From Candidatus Nomurabacteria bacterium (GTDB lineage Bacteria; Patescibacteriota; Minisyncoccia; Phycocordibacterales; UBA9973), in assembly GCA_026396015.1 (NCBI GenBank), contig JAPLXP010000006.1, positions 1 to 32,945 of the forward strand: a stretch of DNA of 32,945 bases, read 5' to 3'. The notes beneath the pieces were generated by a model. It had not been told where the DNA came from and did not search any database. It worked only from the letters and a program-made list of their open reading frames with translations. Position numbers and translations under genes: made by a program. This document shows positions 26,786 to 32,945 of the stretch, in pieces (position 1 is the first letter of the stretch; the number at the start of each line of letters is the position of its first letter).

Positions 26786-28762
26786 ATGGATAATATAATA
26801 CATATAGATATTGATAATTCGACCTCTAATTTTAAGTTAATAGGTGACATTGAAAGTGTCATCAGTAATACTAGATTAGTTTTTTCATTGAAGAGATTTA
26901 GCTATAGTTCTTTTGATAATTATATTTTGGTGCCATATAATCAAAAATCAAAAATACAAATACTTCAAGATTTAATTTTTTTACTTGAGAAATTTAATTT
27001 TAATGCAAGTTTAACTAACGGAACCAGTAATGAGGTGTCTAATTTTGAGAGAGAAAAAGATTCTTTTCTTGTTTTTTCTAACAAAGCTAAAAATATTCGT
27101 AATAACGAGTTTGATAAAAATCCGGAACTAGTAAATGATTTTGATAAATTTCAGAGTGTTTTAAAGAAAAAAATAGTACGCCCACTTTACCGGCTTCAAT
27201 TGTTGTCTGCTTTTCACATGGCTTTTTCTCAGAATTCTTGTAATTTTGCTGTACCTGGTGCTGGAAAAACTTCCATTGTTTATGGAGCTTATGCATATTT
27301 AAATAGTCTTCCTGCTGATGATGATAAACATGTAGACAAAATATTAGTAATTGGACCACTGTCATCTTTTTCTCCTTGGGAAAAAGAATATGAGGAATGT
27401 TTTGGTCGCAAACCATCATTCCAGAGGTTGTCTGGTGACTCAACTATTTCTAGGTCTCATAAGGAACAACATCTTTTTTCTGGTAATCCTGTTGAGCTAA
27501 CTCTTATAAATCACGGAGGTGTTGATAGTTTACAATACGAAATCATTTCATTTCTTAAAAAAAATAAAACAATGGTTGTGATTGATGAGGCACATAGAAT
27601 AAAAAACCCGGAGGGTGTTTGGGGGAAAAGTGTTGTTGAGATATCAAAGGAAGCAAAATCTAGGGTTGTGTTAACAGGGACACCAGTTCCAAATGGCTAT
27701 GAGGATTTGTATAATTTGTTTCAATTTTTATATCCTTATAAATATAAAGATATACTAAAATTACATTTTCAAAATTTAGTTGAAATGACAGTAAACTCAG
27801 ATATTAATAGTGATAGAGTCAAGGAATTTATAGATAGTATATCACCATATTTTATTCGTATTAAGAAGAGTGATTTAAAATTACCACCAATAAATGAAAC
27901 ACTGGTTAAAATTAATATGAGTATAATGCAAAGAGAAATTTATGATTTTATCGAAGATAAATATATTAAGCAATTTAAAAGTAATAATTCAGCTAATGTT
28001 AAGGATTTGTTAAACAAAGCTAAATTAATACGCTTGAGACAAGCTTCCACTAACCCGTCCCTTCTTCTTAAATCAATTTCTGAAAATATAGACTCAGAAG
28101 ATTATGAACAAAGAATCAATTTTTACAAGCAAATGCCAGATGAGTTTCAGGATGATTCAAATATTGTTTCTAAAATAATTAAGTATTCAAAAATTGAAAC
28201 CCCTGAAAAATTTATTGCAATAAAAAAAATATTAGAGGAAAAGATATTTATTGAAAAAGGAAAAGTTATTATTTGGACTATATTTATTCAAAACGCCAAA
28301 GAACTTCAGGACTATCTTATATTCAATAATATAAAATCAAAATTGTTAATCGGAGAGGTTCCTCAATCTGAACGTGAATTTATTATTGATAAATTCAATA
28401 ATCCAGAAAATATGGAATTTCAAGTTGTTATCGCCAACCCATTTTCTGTGTCTGAGTCGATTTCACTTCACAAGGGTTGTCATAATGCTATTTATATGGA
28501 GCGTGACTATAATTGTTCTAATTTTTTGCAGTCCAAAGACAGAATACATAGATATGGTTTATCTCAAAAGCAAAAAACTAATTACTATTATTTAGTTTCA
28601 ACTGATTCAATTGATGAAATTATTAATGAAAAATTGGCTATAAAAATTGAAAGAATGGAAAAAATAATTGATGATGATATACCACTTTTATCACATATTA
28701 ATGATTCAGATGAAACTGATGTGATTAAAGCTTTATTAGAAAATTATTTTAATAAAAATTAA
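26786..28762 (+). CDS. SNF2-family (SF2) helicase/translocase
   Basis: PGAGKT, DEAH, LTGTPVPN, RLRQASTNP, KVIIW, SESISL and QSKDRIHRYG. Confidence 0.92.
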   Translation: MDNIIHIDIDNSTSNFKLIGDIESVISNTRLVFSLKRFSYSSFDNYILVPYNQKSKIQILQDLIFLLEKFNFNASLTNGTSNEVSNFEREKDSFLVFSNKAKNIRNNEFDKNPELVNDFDKFQSVLKKKIVRPLYRLQLLSAFHMAFSQNSCNFAVPGAGKTSIVYGAYAYLNSLPADDDKHVDKILVIGPLSSFSPWEKEYEECFGRKPSFQRLSGDSTISRSHKEQHLFSGNPVELTLINHGGVDSLQYEIISFLKKNKTMVVIDEAHRIKNPEGVWGKSVVEISKEAKSRVVLTGTPVPNGYEDLYNLFQFLYPYKYKDILKLHFQNLVEMTVNSDINSDRVKEFIDSISPYFIRIKKSDLKLPPINETLVKINMSIMQREIYDFIEDKYIKQFKSNNSANVKDLLNKAKLIRLRQASTNPSLLLKSISENIDSEDYEQRINFYKQMPDEFQDDSNIVSKIIKYSKIETPEKFIAIKKILEEKIFIEKGKVIIWTIFIQNAKELQDYLIFNNIKSKLLIGEVPQSEREFIIDKFNNPENMEFQVVIANPFSVSESISLHKGCHNAIYMERDYNCSNFLQSKDRIHRYGLSQKQKTNYYYLVSTDSIDEIINEKLAIKIERMEKIIDDDIPLLSHINDSDETDVIKALLENYFNKN

Positions 28763-28771
28763 AATCAGTTT

Positions 28772-30229
28772 ATGACTACATATATTACAAAAGAAGAAGT
28801 TTTAGAACAATCAAGAATTATACTTAATAAATCTTTATATGAAATAATGCCTTCTGATCAGATAGAAGAAATAGAAAGAAAAATTTATGAATATAAAAAT
28901 CAAAGAAAAGGGTATCTGGGTGAATTAATTGAATGGTATGTGTTTGGTAAAAAACCAGACGGCTTAAGTCAGGCTGATTTTAATATTGCTGGAGTGGAGC
29001 TAAAGGCAACACCCCTAAAAAAACATAAGAATAATATCTATGCGTCAAAAGAGAGGCTTGTTTTTTCAATGATTAATTATGAAGAAATTGTAAAAGAAAC
29101 TTGGGAAAAAAGTTCATTTCTTAAGAAAAACAAAGTTATTCTTTTAATGTTTTATCTATGGATTCAAAGTCAAAGTATTTTAGATTACGAATTTAAATAT
29201 ATTCATTTACTTGATTTGTTAAATGACTTGTCAGACGAAGATGTTTTTCAAATTCAGAAAGACTGGGAGTATATAGTAGAAAAAATCAAAAGAGGAGAAG
29301 CACACTTGTTATCTGAGGGAGATACTTATTATTTGGGAGCTTGTACGAAAGCTGCTAATAGTCGTGTTGTTAGAGACCAGCCAATGAATCGTACACTAGC
29401 AAAACCTCGTGCATTTTCTTTTAAGCAACAATATATAAATTATTTAATACAAACAAAACTTCTTAAGAGAAAAACAAGCACAGATTCTATTTTTAAAAAA
29501 CAAAGAAGGATTGAAACAATTGAAAGTGTAGTTAAAGAGAAATTCGCATTATTCATCAATAAAACAGATGAAGAAATATTAAAGAAACTTAATTCAAATT
29601 TAGGTAAGAAATCAAAAAGCTATAAAAGGCTAATAGTTAATCAAATCCTTGGGGTAAAATCAAATAATATTGAGGAGTTAGAAAAAGCTAATATAACCCT
29701 AAAGGTTGTGACATTGGAATATAATGGAAGATTAAAAGAATCTATCTCTTTTCCATTTTTTAAATATAAAGATTTAGTTAATGAATTGTGGTATGACGAA
29801 GAAAATGAAAATATGGCGGAACTTCATTTGCAGCTTGAAACTAAAAAATTCATGTTCGTTGTTTTTCAGAAGGTTAAAGGCAGTGACGATATTATTTTGA
29901 GAAAAACTATGTTTTGGAATTTCCCCATGAAAGATATTTCTAAGGCCCGAGATGTATGGGAGAAGACCGTTGATTTTGTTAGTAGTGGAAAAATTGTTAA
30001 AGAGATTGTTTTAGATAAAAAAGGAAAAGAGAAGAGAATTACATATTTCCCTGGTATGTCTTTTAATGGGGTAGTTCATGTTAGACCTCATGGCTCAAAC
30101 AGTAGAGATGTAAATATTTTACCTGTCGCTGACCTCTTAACTGGTCAAAAAAGCTATACAAAGCAATGCTTTTGGTTGAATGCAGGTTATATACAGCAGG
30201 CCATAGAAAATGACAAAGATCAAGCTTGA
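28772..30229 (+). CDS. Sau3AI/MutH-family type II restriction endonuclease (probable GATC target)
   Basis: KG.LGELIE, ADF..AGVELKATPLKK, KERL..SMINY, SEGDTYYLGACTK, KPRAFSFK, KESISFP, HVRPH and KQCFWLN; 485-aa two-domain size. Confidence 0.9.
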   Translation: MTTYITKEEVLEQSRIILNKSLYEIMPSDQIEEIERKIYEYKNQRKGYLGELIEWYVFGKKPDGLSQADFNIAGVELKATPLKKHKNNIYASKERLVFSMINYEEIVKETWEKSSFLKKNKVILLMFYLWIQSQSILDYEFKYIHLLDLLNDLSDEDVFQIQKDWEYIVEKIKRGEAHLLSEGDTYYLGACTKAANSRVVRDQPMNRTLAKPRAFSFKQQYINYLIQTKLLKRKTSTDSIFKKQRRIETIESVVKEKFALFINKTDEEILKKLNSNLGKKSKSYKRLIVNQILGVKSNNIEELEKANITLKVVTLEYNGRLKESISFPFFKYKDLVNELWYDEENENMAELHLQLETKKFMFVVFQKVKGSDDIILRKTMFWNFPMKDISKARDVWEKTVDFVSSGKIVKEIVLDKKGKEKRITYFPGMSFNGVVHVRPHGSNSRDVNILPVADLLTGQKSYTKQCFWLNAGYIQQAIENDKDQA

Positions 30230-30254
30230 TCAATTTGATTGAATCTGCTAGAAT
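30218..30254 (+). promoter_or_regulatory. Internal methyltransferase promoter with GATC sites at the -35
   Basis: TTGATC(30226-30231)-N17-TAGAAT(30249-30254) with an extended TG, overlapping the palindrome GATCAAGCTTGATC (30218-30231); the ATG is 6 nt after the -10. Confidence 0.65.
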
Positions 30255-30260
30255 TATAAT

Positions 30261-31532
30261 ATGAAAAAGATTAAAGTTATTGAGCTATTTGCTGGAGTTG
30301 GAGGTTTCCGAATCGGCCTTGATAGAGCTAGTAAAAAAGATGTAAAATTTGAAACAGTTTGGAATAGTCAATGGGAGCCAGGAGCAGTAACTCAGCATGC
30401 CTCTGAAATATATATAAAAAACTTTGGTGATAATGGTCACTCCTGTGAAGACATTCAGGATGTTGTTGACAATAAATTTAAGGAAATTCCCAATCATGAT
30501 TTACTCGTTGGTGGTTTTCCTTGCCAAGATTATTCTGTTGCCAGAACTGCTAATCAAGCAAAAGGTATCTATGGAAAGAAGGGAGTTCTGTGGTGGTCTA
30601 TTTATAATATTTTAAATAAGAAAGGTAAAAATGCACCTGATTTTTTGTTGTTGGAAAATGTTGATCGTTTATTAAAATCACCATCAGCACAAAGAGGTAG
30701 GGATTTTGCTGTTATGTTGGCTTCTCTTTCTGACTTAGGATATATTGTTGAATGGCGTGTTGTTAATGCTGCTGAATATGGATTTCCACAAAGAAGAAGA
30801 AGGATCTTTATTATGGGATATAAAAAAGGAAGTAAGGTTTTTAATCTTATTAAAAAAGAAAAAGATTTAAAAAATTGGATTTATAAAGAGGGGGTTATCG
30901 CAAAAGCATTCCCTGTTAAAAAAGATAATTCAAAGCTTGAAGAATTTGATATTAAAGGTAGCCTTGAAGAAATATCAGATAATTTTTCTTCTGATAAACC
31001 ATCCAAAAGCCCTTTTGAAATTTCGGGTGTTATGATGGATAGAAAAATTTATACAACTAAAACAACTCCTGATTACAAGGGTAAATTTATTACACTTAGT
31101 GATATTATTATTCATGATGAGAGTAAAATACCAGAGGAGTTTTTTATAAAAAACGAAGATAAAAAGAGATGGGAATATTTAAAAGGTGGGAAAAAGGAAG
31201 AAAGAAAATCTAAGGATGGTTTTGAATATAGTTACGCTGAGGGCCCAATGATTTTTCCTGATTCATTAGATAAGCCATCTAGAACTATAGTTACAGGAGA
31301 GGGTGGAAGTTCTCCTTCTCGTTTTAAGCATGTCATTAAAACTAAGTCTGGTAAATTGCGTAGGCTTACACCTATTGAGCTCGAAAAATTAAATATGTTT
31401 CCAGAAAACCATACAAAGATAATGCAAAGCGGAAAAATAACGCCGGATGTAAAAAGAGCTTTCATTATGGGGAATGCTTTGGTTATTGGTGTTATTGAAA
31501 GATTAGGAAAGTCTCTCTCTGATTTTGTCTAG
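30261..31532 (+). CDS. dcm: DNA (cytosine-5)-methyltransferase, M.Sau3AI-like
   Basis: ELFAGVGG, GGFPCQDYS, ENV, PQRRRR, RRLTPIE and MGNAL; also NSQWEP, GVLWW, QRGRDF and RTIVTGEGG as in Sau3AI-type MTases. Confidence 0.95.
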   Translation: MKKIKVIELFAGVGGFRIGLDRASKKDVKFETVWNSQWEPGAVTQHASEIYIKNFGDNGHSCEDIQDVVDNKFKEIPNHDLLVGGFPCQDYSVARTANQAKGIYGKKGVLWWSIYNILNKKGKNAPDFLLLENVDRLLKSPSAQRGRDFAVMLASLSDLGYIVEWRVVNAAEYGFPQRRRRIFIMGYKKGSKVFNLIKKEKDLKNWIYKEGVIAKAFPVKKDNSKLEEFDIKGSLEEISDNFSSDKPSKSPFEISGVMMDRKIYTTKTTPDYKGKFITLSDIIIHDESKIPEEFFIKNEDKKRWEYLKGGKKEERKSKDGFEYSYAEGPMIFPDSLDKPSRTIVTGEGGSSPSRFKHVIKTKSGKLRRLTPIELEKLNMFPENHTKIMQSGKITPDVKRAFIMGNALVIGVIERLGKSLSDFV

Positions 31533-31577
31533 CATCTAATAATTCTTAAATATTAATCATAAAACTACTTTAAAATT

Positions 31578-32771
31578 ATGAACGAAATAAAATGCCCAAA
31601 ATGTGGAACCTCATTTAAAATCGACGAAGCCGGTTTTGCTGATATTCTCAAACAAGTCCATAATGCAGAATTTAATAAAGAGTTAAAAGAGCGCGAAAGA
31701 GCATTTAATATAGATAAGGAAAATGCTGTAAAACTTGCTGAGGCAAATACTAAAAATGTAGCACAGGTAGATATCTCAAGGAAGGATTCCGAAATATCCG
31801 AAATGAAGTCAAAGATTGAAAAATATAATATTGAGAAAAAACTTGCCGTTACTGAAGCGGTTAATAAAATTGAGAAAGAACGTGATTTACTCGCTAATGA
31901 ACTAAAAAATAAAGATACTGAGATTCAGGTTTTCGCTAATTCTCTGAAAGATAAGGCTTTGGCTTTGTTTGGTAATGAGAATGCTAAAGAAGTCGTATTT
32001 AAGAAGCCATACGAAGTTCAAAAGAAGGAATTTGAAGAAAAGTTAAAGCAATTAAAAGAAAAGGCTCCTTCTGTATTTTCTGTTGATGAATTACAGGGAG
32101 AAGAAGAGAAGGCGGAATTTATTACGACATTCCGTGATTTACTTCGCATAAAATCATCACTTGAAACTTTTGCTGAATTTTCTTTTAGTGACGTTGGTAT
32201 AACAGAACAAGAATTTTATGACTACCAGAGTAAATATCTTGATATTTATGAAGAGCGTAAAAATTATGAAGCTGGGGCTGAATCTATTTTAGATCAGATT
32301 GATTTTGAAATTGAATTGACTGTTCGAGATGTGATTAATTTTGACTATATAATCCAATTAATTGCAGGTCTAAAGAACATTACTTCTGATGCATTAAGGA
32401 AAAAGAAAACAGAAGAGATTTTGCATGTATTTGATGGTGATGTTCAATTGCGTAAAAAGAAAGATTTGATTAAAAAATTTATCGAAGAGAATCTTCCACA
32501 TATAGATAAATCAGAAAATGTTGAAAAAGCTTTCGGGGAATTCTGGGCAAGTGAAAGATCAAATGCATTAAAAGAAATTGCTGAATCTGATAATATTTCA
32601 GTTGAAAAAATCGAACAGTTAATAGGAGAATATCTATATACACAAAGACTACCTCAGGGTCAGGATATAGTTGATCTGTTGCCTGCGACACCTAAACTAC
32701 TAGAAAGGCAGGGGATTATTGATTGTATTAAGGGTGCTATTGAAAATGTAGTTGATATGTTTGAGTGGTAA
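31578..32771 (+). pseudogene. In-frame chimera: DUF2130-family N-terminus fused to the C-terminal domain of a type I restriction subunit HsdR (EcoR124I-like)
   Basis: aa 1-~125: IKCPKCG.F.IDE.G.ADILKQV plus coiled coil. From DKALALFGN onward: FITTFRDLLR, DYQSKYLDIY and DFEIEL....INFDYI; no nuclease or helicase motifs. Confidence 0.75.
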
Positions 32772-32780
32772 AATAAATTT

Positions 32781-32945
32781 ATGTCAAAACAAATATCAAT
32801 AAGAAATTTTTGGAGTTTAAATACCGACGAGGCTGTCGTGACTGGTATTTTAAGAAGTAATTTAAATAAAGATGTTGAGGTTTTTATGCCACTGAACTCT
32901 CAAATGAAAGATGTAGATTTAGCTTTGGTTAATGTAAAAAGTAAA
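32781..32945 (+). CDS. Partial ORF running off the window, possibly a PD-(D/E)XK nuclease
   Basis: MSKQISIRNFWSLNTDEAVVTGILRSNLNKDVEVFMPLNSQMKDVDLALVNVKSK...; the E..V...L / VF.P / D.DL pattern fits the start of that fold, but the catalytic (D/E/Q)xK is beyond the window. Confidence 0.5.
   Translation, partial: MSKQISIRNFWSLNTDEAVVTGILRSNLNKDVEVFMPLNSQMKDVDLALVNVKSK

Noticed and set aside
25395-31532. Assignment to DISARM, Zorya or BREX
   Set aside because: No DrmA/DrmB/PLD, ZorA/ZorB or PglZ/BrxC-like genes are recognisable in the window.

Overview
AT-rich bacterial chromosome segment that looks like a Patescibacteria/CPR (Parcubacteria-type) genome. This assignment is inferred from gene content, the near absence of Shine-Dalgarno sites and a standard genetic code with TGA stops. 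The first ~23 kb holds the end of the F1 ATP synthase operon (atpA 3' end, an inserted AT-rich membrane ORF, atpG, atpD, atpC), then trhO, a metallophosphoesterase, gltX, a YgjP/M48-like protein, a cold-shock protein, engB, lexA, a CxxC-x17-CxxC protein, a cyclophilin, a DEAD-box helicase, a 1227-aa beta-helix/lipase surface protein, msrA and an internally deleted msrB. These are interleaved with ORFans and four unlisted micro-ORFs, most with their own promoter and terminator. From ~23.6 kb there is a defence-type island: NYN/PIN nuclease, EVE, RadC/JAB, a ParB-like protein, a SNF2 helicase, a Sau3AI-like endonuclease, a C5 methyltransferase, a DUF2130::HsdR deletion chimera and a truncated possible nuclease. 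The most notable signals are: (1) a convergent promoter-hairpin-U-tract unit predicting a ~59-nt antisense RNA over the NYN stop codon, a candidate RNA-antitoxin/nuclease pair; (2) a ParB-like + SNF2 module coupled to a GATC-type R-M system; (3) a GATC site inside the -35 box of the methyltransferase promoter; (4) 7-nt-periodic TAG/CTA palindromic arrays at atp gene junctions; (5) several REP-like palindromes, one in frame inside atpG and a pair flanking a wHTH gene; (6) pervasive leaderless promoter architecture. No rRNA, tRNA, CRISPR array or transposase was seen. All family assignments come from motif recognition, not from searches.
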